Assembly (NCBI RefSeq): GCF_033153115.1 | Contig: NW_026889762.1 | Span: forward strand, 4,898,001-4,962,000 | Direction of reading: 5' to 3' | DNA: 64,000 nucleotides | Origin: Saccostrea echinata | Lineage: Eukaryota | Shown: piece after piece, positions 1 to 12,823 of the stretch | How the letters are laid out: each line of letters opens with the position of its first letter | Numbering within the stretch: position 1 is the first letter of the stretch | Made by a program: the position numbers and the translations under genes | Notes under the pieces: generated by a model | The model's database searches: none | Told to the model about the DNA's origin: nothing | Seen by the model: only the letters and a program-made list of their open reading frames with translations

Positions 1-87
1 AGAATGCCACTTAGAGACGATAATAATACCGTAATAACTTTATGTAATACTTATTTAGCTTTCTTGCATTTTATTATAATTGAAATG

Positions 88-620
88 TAACCTCCCCGGA
101 TATATTTTTTAAAGACCTTGAAGAGCAATAAAAAATATTCATTGTAAGACACAATGTTGTTACGTTTGTAACAAACAGGGCTCTCTACAAAAAAGAACGT
201 TCAATTCTATTAGACCCCCCCCAAAAAAAAAAAAACTGGGTGTGTTCTAAGATTAACTGGTATTGAATACATAAAATAACAGAATGCAATAATTTTAGCG
301 GCCTTGTGTATATAAAATTGTGCTCTAATAATGAAGATCAGAACTTTGAAAATGATCATTCGGTATACAATTAAATCTGTGTTTATGATTTCGAGCCTGC
401 TAAGATTATACAGGTTGGGTATTCATTCCCATATTTTTCCCAGTCGGGAAAACCAACTTGGCTATTGTTACTGTCTGCTATCCTTTTAATCATCTTTGAT
501 CATAACCTCCCAGGATATATTTTTTTCAGACTTTTGAATAGTAATAAAAAATATCCATTGTAAGACACAATGTTGTTGCAGTTGTAACGAATAAGGCCAT
601 CTACGAAAAAGTACGTTCAA
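88..620 (+). repeat. Imperfect direct repeat, two ~117-bp copies (88-204 and 503-620)
   Basis: TAACCTCCC.GGATATATTTTTTT...CATTGTAAGACACAATGTTGTT...ACGTTCAA occurs twice about 415 bp apart. Confidence 0.85.
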
Positions 621-2959
621 AAGCCAGTGCAAGACAGTTAAGGTTTCAAATCTTTAAATAACTCAACAACATCGTTTATTTGATGCGTTCACAATTCATT
701 GCAGCAGGCTAGACTAAAAACTGCACTCAATAATAACACTTCTGAAATTTTAATCTTTTGTTGAAGGTCTATTCTATACAGATATTTTAAAAGTTATCTC
801 AAAATACTTCTTGCAAAGAAAGAAAATATATACACCACACGAATCAGGTGCTTTGGAGAATATGTACAAAACATAAACAGGTGCAATATTTGTTAGATGT
901 AAACAGATATTGAAAAGAGCAGACACTTGCCAAATCAGTTAGATCATTGAAATCTTGTTTATGTACTGAATGAAATATAATGCATACACCTTGTAAAATT
1001 GTAAAGGGCTGGTATCAATGAACAGCTAATTGTTTTGATGTGCAGTAATGACATTATAACAATATTGATTTTATACCTGATAGCATTGTTGGTTTAGGTT
1101 TTCAATGCCCTCCAGCAGTGACGCTTTGTCCCAAACGGAAGATTTATTATAGTTGTGGTTTTCCTTTTATAATAATTTCTTTCAGGGTGGTTTTTATCAA
1201 CCATTGGGGTTTTAAAAGAATTTACCGGCTCAAGTTAATTTTATATTTTTGTGCAGCTCATGTTTATCAGAAACTTACATATTATGTTCAAATGAATGTT
1301 TAAAAAATTCTGTCAAGTATTAAAATATAGATTATAATTTTTAAAAAATTAAAGTGTATTAGCCTCTCGGAATCATATGTTTCAATTCTCAGTATTTTCC
1401 ACATCATCACATGTCCAATTATGTAACTTTGGTCCCCAAATCAACGAAACGTAGTACAACACCTTTCTCAGGCTGTCAATTCAAAAAATGATATTACATG
1501 TAGAAAAAATGACATTGTTTGAAAGTGAAGCCCAGAACTTCAAATAATACCAGCCATAAAGATGATCTCCAAAGAAATGCCATCACAGAAAGATATCATA
1601 TACACATATTTCTTTATATAATGTTATCCATTTTTTGTAGCAACGCCAATCTCTCATTCTGTCATGCTTTGCACGTTCATTGGACCTACACCTTAAATAT
1701 GCACAATGTAGCGATGATTAACAACTTCAGCGTGTAAAATTTGTTTGTTCTGAATTAAATGTTTGATATTTTTACCTCAAAGATCCTTTGCGTTTTAGGG
1801 GTGATAAAATAAAGAAGAACATGGAAAAGAAATCATGTTAATGTTTACAATACATGTACATTTGCTTCAATTAAGCCAACATTATAATGCAAAAGCTCCC
1901 GACTGTAATCAATCTACTTAGCTTTCTATAATTTTTTATGACTAATAACTGCATCCCTTTTATTGCATTTAGACAGGACTGTTTTTAACTTTGACTGTAA
2001 TACATTGTATATTGTTTAAGCAAGATAAGTTGACCGGTTAACGATTTCGAGAATGATTTTTAGCAATATGTCTAAAATAAATATTTTTTTCTTGATCTAG
2101 CCAGCGAGGGGGGTGTTAGTAAGACACGTGGGCCCCCGAACCCAATTGCATAGAAACACAGATCCCCCCTAGACATGGATCCTTGCTAAAAAAAAAAAAA
2201 AAAAAGGTAAGGGGAGTCATTAATATATATGAAGGATAGCAACTTGTCTCCCCCCCCCCCCCCCGGCCCCTAAAAATGGTTTTTCGGGTTTATATTATAT
2301 GAGCTATTAGTTTATCAGGTAAACATATTCTTTAATAAAAGTATTCAAGTGAAAAAAAATCTCATGGTGGCATTTTCCTTCCCCTACATGCAAGATAAAT
2401 TATGTCAATATGCAAGAAAAGTATGTCAACATGCAAGATATAAATCATATTTTACAAAAAAAAAAATCTAGGACGAGCAAAACTCTGATCGTTTAAAAGC
2501 AGCCAAAAGAAAAAAGGCATTTAGTGAGTATTAAATGTTAATTTTTACATCTGTGCTTGTTGCGTTGCAGTTAAAACGCAGCAAAGTCATTGTACATTAA
2601 TATTGTTGCACTATTTAGCAAGTCACAAATATTTTGCACTGTAGCCATTCTAAAAGAAAAGTTACATGTAATTCTTAAGTATTTTTCCTCTTTTTTTCTG
2701 TGTGGTCTTTCAAATCAAACCATAAGGGTTATTAACAAAATTTCAACTTTTAAAATGTTGATTTAATCAGCTTAAATTGACAATTGTGTAGTTACTAAGC
2801 AACACTAAGAATGAATTGAATTCAAGGAATTTTTTTTCACATTTTAAAATTATAATAATTGCTATTATACATGAAAAGTCAGAATGAATTAAGAGCATCA
2901 GATGGATGTTGAAATCTCGCATTAAGCGATTGAGGGGATGTATGAAAACTATTTATTCT

Positions 2960-3720
2960 TCTGTCTTTAATAATTCAGATGTGAAAAAGGAATTACATAG
3001 ATTACACGATCAGTATGTACTGGTCCCAGCTGACAAAGCTGGTAACAACATAGTCTTTGTTTGTAAGGCTCATTATTAGTCCCCTACCGGTGAAACCGGA
3101 GGGGACTATAGGTTTCCTCTGAGTCTGTCCGTCCGTCTGTCCGTCCGTCTGTCTGTCTGTCTGTCTGTCCCTCTGTCTGTCTGTCCCTCTGTCTGTCTGT
3201 CAGTCTGTCCCACTTGGTTTTCCGCACTTTTTTCCTAAACGCTTGCAGATATTGAGCTGATTTTTGGTATGTGAGTGTATCTTGATGAGTTACAGATCAA
3301 GTTTGCATTTCGTTCCGCTTCATTGATTTTTGACGGAATTACGGCCTTTTCAATTTTTAGGGGTTTTCCGCAATTTTCTTCTAAACGCTTGTAGATATTG
3401 AGCTGATTTTTGGTGTGTGGCTTTACCTTGATTAGTTATAGATCAAGGTTGCATTTCGTCCCGCTTCATTAATTTTTGACGGAATTTTGGCATTTTCAAT
3501 TCTTACGGGAGCCAGATTACACTTGCCGGTAGGGGACTAGTATTGCTAATGCAATACTCTCAGAATGCTTGTTTGAATTGTATTTTAGAAGATTGGGATT
3601 TAATTCTACGGCTGGAAATCCAACTTACACCCATACCTCCCTTTCTAAGGAGGATATTCTTCAAAATCATATGTCCCTTTTAGATAATTTTAATATTCCC
3701 AACAATCAAAATGAATTTGA
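2960..3720 (+). mobile_element. Penelope-like retroelement ORF fragment, interrupted by a HINE
   Basis: 2960-3073 reads SVFNNSDVKKELHRLHDQYVLVPADKAGNNIVFVCKAH (PADK motif typical of the region just upstream of PLE RT); resumes after 3573 as ..LGFNSTAGNPTYTHTSLSKEDILQNH. Confidence 0.8.
3074..3573 (+). mobile_element. Non-autonomous Helentron-type element (HINE/DINE-1-like), family A copy 1
   Basis: 5' subTIR TAGTCCCCTACCGG with adjacent inverted repeat, (GTCY)n microsatellite, two ~150-bp central repeats, 3' subTIR CCGGTAGGGGACTA, terminal hairpin AGTATTGC-TAAT-GCAATACT; two more copies at 37906 and 38441. Confidence 0.9.
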
Positions 3721-3771
3721 ATCACAAAATTTAACATATTTAATTTTACTTAAAATGTTTTTATATAAATA

Positions 3772-3920
3772 TAAACAATAGAATGTTTTTCTCTGTTTGT
3801 TTGTATGAGAACTAACGTCGCAGCTATTGCAGAAAAAGCTACATGTAGTTATGTTTTTTCTGCAACAGCTGTGACATTATTTCCTGTACTAACAACAAAA
3901 GAAAGCATTTTATTGTTTAA
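3772..3920. repeat. ~150-bp imperfect palindrome
   Basis: TAAACAATAGAATG..GCAGCTATTGCAGAAAAA / TTTTTCTGCAACAGCTGT..CATTTTATTGTTTA, with CTACATGTAG in the central spacer. Confidence 0.8.
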
Positions 3921-4349
3921 AATATACTATGAAATATACATATAATCTGCAAACAACTGATTCACATTAGAGAGAATATGTATATGGGTTTATTCTTTGC
4001 ATACTGTTTAATAAATGGAAAACATAAAATGCATCAAGAACATAGTATTGCATATATAACAGGATGTAGTGAACAAAGAAATCTTACTCTCTTAATTATA
4101 ATATCCAACAGATGGCATATATTAATATACAAATTTTCTTGTGGATATTTTTTGTACACATTATTTTTTTTCAAATAGAAAACGTTTTAATTTCTTTCAA
4201 TATATTTTGGTGAATAAAGCGAAAAAAAAATTAACTCGGTTTTTGGTTGTGAATTTATTGCTGCATGGCTACAGAAATTTGAAAAACTGGAGAATATGAG
4301 ATGATCAGTGAATCGGAAAATTAAATTAGGCTAAACTTACAAACTTAGC

Positions 4350-4924
4350 AAACTTGAATCTACACTACCTGAGGATATTTCCACATAAGTTTAATATTTT
4401 TTGGCCAACTGGTTTTTAAGAAGATAATTTATAAACAATGACATTAAATTATCTTCCCTTAAGAAAAGGTGTGACCCTTCATTTCAACAAAATTTAACCC
4501 CCTTTAGTCAAGGATACTTTGTGTCAAGTTTAGTTGAAACTGGTTCTGGAGAAGAAGATAAAATTATAAAAAGTTAAGACGACGCTGACGACGACAACGA
4601 CGACGACAGACAAGGAACAAATTTTGATCAAAAAATCCCGCTTGAGCCTTCGGCTCAGGTGAGCTAAAAAGCATTATTCTAACAAACATGGAGTGTACAG
4701 CAGTTCAAACCTATAATGTATAAACAATGATATTAAATTTTACTAATTCTTAAGTATTTCCCCTTGGAAAAAGGCGTAATCCGTCATTTCAACAAAATTT
4801 AACCCCCTTTAGTCAAGGATACTTTGTGTCAAGTTTAGATGAAATTGGTTCTGGAGAAGAAGATAAAATTATAAAAAAGTTAATGACGACGACGACAGAC
4901 AAACAACAAATTTTGATAAAAAAT

Positions 4925-4958
<34 letters not shown>

Positions 4959-5535
4959 GCATTATTCTAACAAACATGGAGTGTAATTGCAGCAGTTAAA
5001 ACCTATGGTGAAAATTACATGAAAATCAATCGCATAACATGAATGCCAAATGTTATAACTGAAGATGATGACTTCTTTAAAAAAGCGGCTTATGGGCCAC
5101 AACGCTCGATTTTTTTTTGTCCCAGTGGTTCTTTAAAGATGTTTCCTTTATATTTCAATGTTGAATTTTGATTCCCTATTGCGGCCCCACTCTTAGCCCG
5201 GGGGCCATAATTTGAACAATTTAGAATGTAAACTATCTCAGAAAAGGTTGCACATAAGTTTCACATTTTCTAGCCCAGTGGTTCTTGAGAATATGATATT
5301 TTAATTGACTCACCCTATTTTTGTGTTTTCTTTATTATCTCCCCTTAGAATGGGGGCTTGGACCTTTATTTTAACAGTTTCATCCCCTTGACCCTTTGTA
5401 AAGATTTGTGAAATGTTTTCTACCAACTTTGGTAAAAATTGACCAAGTGATTCTTGAGAAGAAGTTTATAATGTGGAAAGATTACAAACAGACGGACGGA
5501 CAACGGGTGGTGAGGAAAGCTCAGCTGAGCTAAAA
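4350..5535 (-). mobile_element. Cluster of three partial HINE/Helitron-N copies (family B), two from a local ~290-bp tandem duplication
   Basis: TTGAGCCTTCGGCTCAGGTGAGCTAAAAA ends at ~4669 and ~4958, degenerate end at ~5535; GAC/GACA microsatellites; GGTTCTGGAGAAGAAGAT central repeat. Confidence 0.8.
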
Positions 5536-7259
5536 ACAAGAGAGAAAATCCAATAGAATGGTCTCCAGATTCACTTCCATAATTACATAATATTTAAAAT
5601 ATTCCTTATTGATGTCAGGTCAAAGGTCAAGGTCATAGAGATGCATATTGTTAAACATTGTTAAAGTTGAGAACATAAATTTCTTGAATTAGCTTGCAAT
5701 ATGTTGAACTTTACTGTCAACATACTTTTTTCAGACCATTTGTAGATTTATGAAATATTATTTCAATATTTTTTTCGAAAATTATATGCATTCCGAAGCA
5801 GTAGAGAAAAAGTGTAAATTGCATCCCTTTATATTTCATAATCAATAATTAAGACATTTGAGTGAAGTTTCAGGTACTGCATCTAAGATATTCCAGGATG
5901 AGCGATTGAAAAGTTCGTCCGGGGGATGTAATCAAACATACATAGAATGTTTGCTTTATAACATAAACAAATTTACATATATTATTTACCACTTAAAGAC
6001 ATACATGTCCTTATTTCAAGAAATTGACATTAGAGCATTAGGTTCTTATTGAATATATTCACCATTTTCTTTGATTAAAGGTAAAGTGGCAATGTTTGTT
6101 GACAAAAAACCCACAGTAAATTCAAATCGAGACTCCTGCTCGATTGCAAAGATAAGTAAAATAAGGCATTAATATTCACATTTTATAATTAGCTCATAGT
6201 CATATTCTGCTGATAACGACGGAGAAGGCCGAGGTGTGGAATATAATCACCTAAATTATACTTTTTACGAGTTGATGGTATCAACTCATGTTATGTGACT
6301 TGTAAGGGATTCCCCAATGTATCGAAACTAATCACTTTTTCATTTGAGTATTTTGCGTTCGGGTTCTTGTATAATATTGGTTTATTTACAGTTTTCATTA
6401 TCTACAGAACAAGAATATGTTTCCTGATATGCTTTGAAGTGTTTATAAACATAAATATTTATTATCAATTTTATTGGAATTTGTGTCCATCCGCAAAAGA
6501 AAATAGTGTTAGGGACATGCGGTCAACAAAAGTGACATATCCTGCAAACAAAATTTTGATTTATATATCAATAAATGTTTTATATAATAAGAAGTATTTT
6601 GAAAACAATTTTTTAAAGAAAATTCACAAAATTGAACATTGTACAAACCAGGTTATTTTTAAAAGATTGACGTGCCGGTGGTATATAAATAAACTAATTC
6701 TTGCGCTGTTATGCTAGTGAACAGAGCAGGTTTCCCGCGCTAGTGATAAATCGTTCAACACAGAGAACACTGCCTATGATTGTAAACAAAGCGAGAAGTT
6801 TGCAGTAAAGGAGGTCACAGTAAACCAACTACTAATCTCAAAGAAATGAGATGTACCAGTAAAACAATTTTTAAATTAAAGTTCTTATTTCTTGTGCAAG
6901 CAAAAAAAGATTTCAATTGCTTCAAGGGAAATTTTTTTCAGCAGCGGACAACTTTGTGCTCCAATTTCTTTTTCCCTGTTTAAAACCTTGTCTTCTACAA
7001 TCTAGATCTGTTTCACAGCAAGCTTTAAATACAGTAATGGTCACTTAACACGTACGCCTGTGATTCTTATCTCATTAATTGTTGGCACAACACTGGAAAG
7101 TGTTTTCTTTAATATGTCCAGCTGTGTTTTGCTATCAGATGCTGGCCATGTTATAGAGTGAATTAATAGTACTGAAGGCAATAAATAAAAAGAAAAACAA
7201 AACAAAACAAAAAAAAATTAAGTGGGTGTTAATGATCAATTAAATGTGAAATGCATATT

Positions 7260-7900
7260 TATAAATGTGAAAAGATCAAGAAATCAAATTAATTCAACAG
7301 TAGATAGATCATGTAAATAGTCAATATCATGCCATTGTGATAAATTTAAAGTCTTCAGTTGAAAAGCTGAAAGAATTGAAATTTTTTAACGTGCATACTT
7401 GTATCAGTGAAAGTCAAGTAGTTGAATTTCAAGAAAGGCTAAGCCGAGAGAAATGATATATAAAATGTGCATATCAATTAAAGTCAAGTAGTTATATTTC
7501 AAGAGTGACTAAACCAAACGAAATGACATATAAAATGACCATTTCGGTTAAATGTAAAGAAGTTCAATTTCAAGAGTATAGCGTAATCAAGAGAATTAAA
7601 ATATTTATTGTGCATATCAATGATCATAAAAGACAGAGGGTTGAATTTCAATAGTAAATAAATCAAGAAAATTGAATTATGTAATATACATATAAATGAG
7701 TGGCTAAATCAAGAGAATTGAAATACCAAATATGCATGTAAATTTTGAAAGACAAGGAGTTGAATTTCAATAGTAACTAAATCAAGAAAATTGAATTATG
7801 TAATATACATATAAATGAAAGTAAAAGATATGAATTTTAAGACTGGCTTAATCACGAGAATTGGAACATATTGATGTGCATTAAAAATGTCAAATTGTTT
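7260..7900 (+). repeat. Degenerate ~70-bp minisatellite, about 9 units
   Basis: Recurring AAAGTCAAGTAGTTGAATTTCAAGAG..CTAAATCAAGAGAATTGAA..TGTGCATAT. Confidence 0.75.
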
Positions 7901-8049
7901 GTCAATTTAAGAAAGCAATAAAAAAATATTCAATGAGCATGTTGATGAAATAATTCAATTTGCGCTATTTGTAAATAATAATTCCCTACTTGTAATACTA
8001 TTGTAGGTTTGGCCTATTAGTTTGAGATATGTGTTTAAAACTTTTTCTT

Positions 8050-8050
<1 letters not shown>

Positions 8051-8092
<42 letters not shown>
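8051..8092 (+). repeat. Poly-T tract
   Basis: 42 consecutive T. Confidence 0.95.
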
Positions 8093-8093
<1 letters not shown>

Positions 8094-8447
8094 TCTACTT
8101 AGTTGTTTTAATTCTGAAATATGATTTTACAAGAGTTGTGCCATTTTTCCTTATTTGAAATTTCAAGTCACTTGATATATGATATTTCTGTCAAATGATA
8201 TCGAGTGCCAAAAACTGTTCTCGGTAGTTTTAATGATGATAGTCTGTGCTCTGTGACCATTTCGATGGTGGTATCCTTTAATATTTTGTAAAAATACAAA
8301 TTATTTAAATGCAAGCTACATTGTCATTTTACGGAAAATCCAAAAACTAACTTAGTATTATTTGTTTTGTATGTTTAAAGGTTCGATTTGTGATAAATTA
8401 TTATACATTCCAGTAGATATTAAAAAAAATATATACATGTTAAAAAT

Positions 8448-9232
8448 TAGGGATGGCAATCGATTACAGAATTGCTAACCGGTTAACCGCAAGACGTTCC
8501 GACTGATTAACCGGTTAATCGTATCAAAATTCACGTTTTCTTGACAATTGCTTTTCAAGTATAGCTCTGTCCATATACACAAATAGACCCAAATAAGACG
8601 ATAGAAGTTAAAACATTCCATAAGTCTTGATTCTGGATCAGAAAAATACGGTACATATTTTTTATTTCAATTTCAGTCGACAATAAAAATTGAGAAAACC
8701 ATGAAAAAAAAAAAAACCCTAAAAAATCTTTGATAATTTTCCAGAGCAGATGTCATAAAAGTTCTTTCTGCATTTTTACTATGATAACCAAAACTACATG
8801 TGAACTCTATATAGCCCTTAATTTACAATGTTTGTTTAAAAATTACAAGTAAATTGGATGGAAAACTGAAAACGACAAACACACCAATTCACACTGCTCA
8901 ATGATTCAATTATTGTCATTAAAGAATTACAGGACAGTCGGGGTAACGACATAGTGTTTTCACAGTACTTAATTAACACTACGTAAACTGACCAATTACT
9001 CAACGGTCTCAATCTGGAGATTCATAATTACATGTATGTCCAAATTATATCCTTTAAATCCTAAATGATCATCCTTTGTGCAGAGATTTCTTTTATTAAA
9101 ATAAATTTTTTAAAAATGTGTTCAATTTAACAAATATTTTATTTTTTCCGATTAACCGATTACAGATTTTCTAATCGATTGCCATCGTTCCGACCGAGTA
9201 ATCGGTTAACCGGTTACAAATTGCCATCCCTA
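8448..9232. mobile_element. hAT-superfamily MITE
   Basis: TIR TAGGGATGGCAAT...ATTGCCATCCCTA, perfect 8-bp TSD TTAAAAAT (8440-8447, 9233-9240), subterminal CGGTTAACCG motifs. Confidence 0.93.
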
Positions 9233-9295
9233 TTAAAAATACATGATGGAAAAGATATAAATAAAATGATATAATTTTATTTCTCAAAGAAAACA

Positions 9296-9616
9296 ACGCT
9301 TCGTGATCGGGAGGTCGTGAGTTCGAATCTCGGCCGCGACTGACCTAAGTTGATAAAAAATGCGTAGCAACTGTTCCTTCGCCATGCGCTCGGCACTTTG
9401 AAGTGAAAGTTGTAGTCCTTCGGATGAGACCTTAAAAACCGAGGCCCTGTGTCAAGGTGGGCGTTGGCACGATAAAGATCCCTCACTACTCAATGGCCCC
9501 GAGTGCCGAGTAAAGGTCAACATTTGAAACCCTTCACCAGTATATGGTGACGTCTCTATATGAGTGAAAAATTCTCTAATGGGACGTAAAACAACATACA
9601 ATCAGTCAATCAATCA
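9296..9616 (+). mobile_element. tRNA-derived SINE with Deu/Nin-like core, 5'-truncated
   Basis: Box B GAGTTCGAATCTC, core TTCGGATGAGACCTTAAAAACCGAGG..TAAAGATCCC, (CAAT)n tail; related pieces at ~35800-36020 and ~62930-62995. Confidence 0.8.
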
Positions 9617-10376
9617 AAGAAAACAAAGAGAAAGGATTTTAAAGCGATAGTTTTCATCAATGCACATAATATCACATAATCCATATATGGACTAGAGACC
9701 TCAACTCATTTAAACATTATATAATCAATACCATCAACTCGTAGTAGTACTTTCAGTACTTTGATTTTCCTTAAGCTTGCCACTCCTTCTAGGAAGTCAT
9801 ACCTGAGGACCGCCATTGCAGTGCTTTCATTTATATAAAAAATGCACTGCCTTGCATGTGATCTATATATTTTTACATTATTTTATTATTATTATTATTA
9901 TTTTTTTATTATTACTATTGATAAATGAGAATGGAATCATGACAAAAATACCAACAATATAAATGGTCTTTAAAGGTTAAACAAATATTAAACACTTCCT
10001 ACTTTTATTTTATTTTTAGACTCGGGTTTTTTCTGTTTATCAATAGTTTATAAATAGTTTTCATTCTACGTGCCACTGGATCGCGTCCTATCAAGTTACC
10101 ATTCATTAACATATACGTTATATAATGTACAATGTACATATATATGTGGTATATTATCTCATTTGAACCAATGTGAATCTGTGAGACTTTCATTGTGGTG
10201 TCTGACATTAATGGACACTTATCTTCATTCTTTTTAAAATTGGTAAGTTAATTGATTAAGTGTATTTCTTGTATAATAACTTTGGCAGGTACATGTATTA
10301 GAAAAGCAAAGTGTTTACTGCTTGCTTATATTATTTGGCTCCAGTCTTTGTCACCCCCCTTTTTCAGCTCTTCAAA

Positions 10377-10407
<31 letters not shown>

Positions 10408-10451
10408 TTTTACTGAATTTTATTTAAATATTTTGGATTCCCAACATTTTG

Positions 10452-10493
10452 GCATCACTGAAGAGATAATTTGTCGAAATGCGCATCTGGTGC
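10452..10493 (+). ncRNA. Minimal type I hammerhead ribozyme (Penelope/retrozyme-type)
   Basis: Stem I GCATCA/TGGTGC, core CTGAAGA, stem II GATA-ATT-TGTC, GAA, palindromic stem III ATGCGCAT, cleavage base C10487. Confidence 0.85.
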
Positions 10494-10740
10494 TTCAAAA
10501 TTGGTACCGTATATGATTTACATTTAATAAGAATAAGCATTACTACCATTATTGCACATCCGCATCGGTAAAATAGGAATTACGGTACACAACAAACACA
10601 TAAAACATGAGTAATAAGAACAAGACGCAAAGAGTTATTTTGTTTGTTTGTTTGTTGTTTTTTTGTTTTTGTTTGTTTGTTTGTTGTTTTTTGGGGGTTT
10701 TTTTTTTCACATTAACACCTATTCCATAGAATTGATTAAA

Positions 10741-11798
10741 GGTGGCAAATGGTGCACTGTTGCAACCACTATTGAAATAACGTTCACTATTGAAATAATT
10801 ATTTCAATAGTGGTTGAGAGTGCATTTCAAAACCAAACTCAGGTTGTAATCACTATTGAAATAACGATCACTATTGAAATAATTATTTCAATAGTGGTTA
10901 AGAGTGCATTTCAAAACCAAACACAGGTTGCAACAACTATTGAAATAACGTTCACTATTGAAACAACGATTTCAATAGAGGTTTGGAATGCAATAAAGAT
11001 TTCAATAGTGATTGAAATAAGGATTTCAGTAGTGATTGAAATAATTATTATAATAGTTGCTGACAATGATTTCAATACCAAAACCACATTGCAAGCCTTA
11101 CTGAAAATAACCCCACTATTGAAAAAATATGAGGATAAATTGTTCATCACGTTGTCCAACATAATATATGATATTTATTGAGTTTAATATATGACGTGTA
11201 AATTTATGTATTCCTTTCTTTTCTATAAATTACCAGTAATACACGGACATTTTTGATTTAACTGACGTACCTTAAATTGAAAGCATGCAAATGTTATATG
11301 CAAGCTTCCACTGAATCTGGCCGACTCAGCGAAAACTTACAGACAATCAATCAATATATATACATGCAAGTTTTAAGCTACTGGGTAAATATTGTTCATC
11401 TTTGCGACTGATTTTAAAGAAAAGGATAATAGATACACATAATTGTAGAAATTAGAATATCTACATTAAAAAAAGATGACTGACATCTATGTGCACAACT
11501 TTTTGATGAAAATATGGTTATTTTAATAAAAAAAATATACAACAGAGATAAATTCTCGCATATACATGGGTTTGCCTACACTACAAATATGGATAGTAAA
11601 TCCAACGCCTACTCCCCAAGACATTAAAAACAAAACCTAAAGAGAAATAATTATTTCAATAGTGAACGTTTTTTCAATAGTGGTTACAACCTGTGTTTGG
11701 TTTTGAAATGCACTCTCAACCACTATTGAAATAATTATTTCAATAGTGAACGTTATTTCAATAGTGGTTGCAATAGTGCACTATCACTTACTGCCACC
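10741..11798. mobile_element. Non-autonomous DNA transposon with long TIRs built from CACTATTGAAATA motifs
   Basis: 10751-~10880 is the reverse complement of ~11645-11782; outer GGTGGCA/TGCCACC; 84-bp tandem units in the left arm. Confidence 0.8.
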
Positions 11799-11887
11799 CG
11801 AATCAGATTGAAGACGGCGGATATTTTATTTGAAGGTCACTATCGCAGTGCCTTATAGAATGGCATCCTTTTAATTCATGAAAGCAC

Positions 11888-12823
11888 TGTTACAAAATGT
11901 AATAATAAAGGAAAATGTAATGAACTGATATTACAACAGTTTGCCTTATTACATTTAACGTTAAGTCAACGCAAAGTGTAAAAACAGACTTTTTTGGATT
12001 ATTACATTTTGTGATATTACATCTTGCGTCGAGCTTAACGCAAAATGTAATATCTTACTCTATGGATGAAATGTTAAAATTATGTTATTATTGTAGACTT
12101 ATTTTAATCACATTTTCGCATGTTTCAAATATATACCAATGCTAGATTATATTCAAGCTATAAATACATTAGTTCATTCACATTTTGTGTTCCTTAACAC
12201 AAATTTTATTAACGCCAATTGAAATAGTTACTTGTGTTACTAGAAGTAAAATCTTATCCCTCCAGATTCAGGAAGAAACTATTTCCCGAGACGTAAAACC
12301 GTAGATAAAAGTAGATCTTAATGGATTTATATAAAAACATTTTGAAGTATAACGAAATTATGGTTACAAGGATAATGATATTTAGTTAAATAAACTTTAC
12401 CTCGGGATCAACGTCTACAAACGTGAAATTAAAGAATATATTGGATATGATAGTCAATTAAATTTCCATAGGGAAAATTCATTAATTGCAATATATTCCC
12501 ACATTCGATAAAAATGCATTTTTTTGTGGAGATAAAAAGTGATCAATACATTCTGCAATATTACATTCGGCGTTAACTTCGATGTAAAATGTAATAAAGC
12601 AAAATATATTAGTCAAAAAAGTAGGGGTTTTTACATATTGCGATTTTACTTTCTGCGTTGACCTCGATGCATAATGTTATATATATATATCACAGAATAT
12701 AATAATCTAAAAGGTACGGTATTATTACATTCTGCATAATTACATTCTGCGGTTATCTCGAGGCAGAATGTAAAAAGACAAAATATATATTTTTTTGTTG
12801 TTATTACATTTTGCGTTGTTACA
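11888..12823. mobile_element. Non-autonomous DNA transposon with TGT...ACA ends (possibly Ginger/TDD-like)
   Basis: Starts TGTTACAAAATGTAATAA, ends TTATTACATTTTGCGTTGTTACA; many ATTACATT(T/C)TGC / CAAAATGTAAT subterminal motifs; TSD not resolved. Confidence 0.6.

Noticed and set aside
700-1600. Possible decayed coding sequence on the minus strand (signal-peptide-like MAFLWRSSLWLVLFEVLGFTF near 1583; LRR-like TLKEIIIKG)
   Set aside because: Many stops and no diagnostic motif; needs BLASTX before any call
9420-9445. Hammerhead-like CGGATGAG in the SINE
   Set aside because: The core is not CTGANGA and no GAAA/stem III follows; it is the SINE core domain
10648-11181. 177-aa Ile/Thr-rich ORF
   Set aside because: Arises from the 21/84-bp repeats in a transposon arm; no coding evidence
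10751-11782. CRISPR-like appearance of TATTGAAATA repeats
   Set aside because: No unique spacers, the repeats form inverted arms, eukaryotic context, no cas genes
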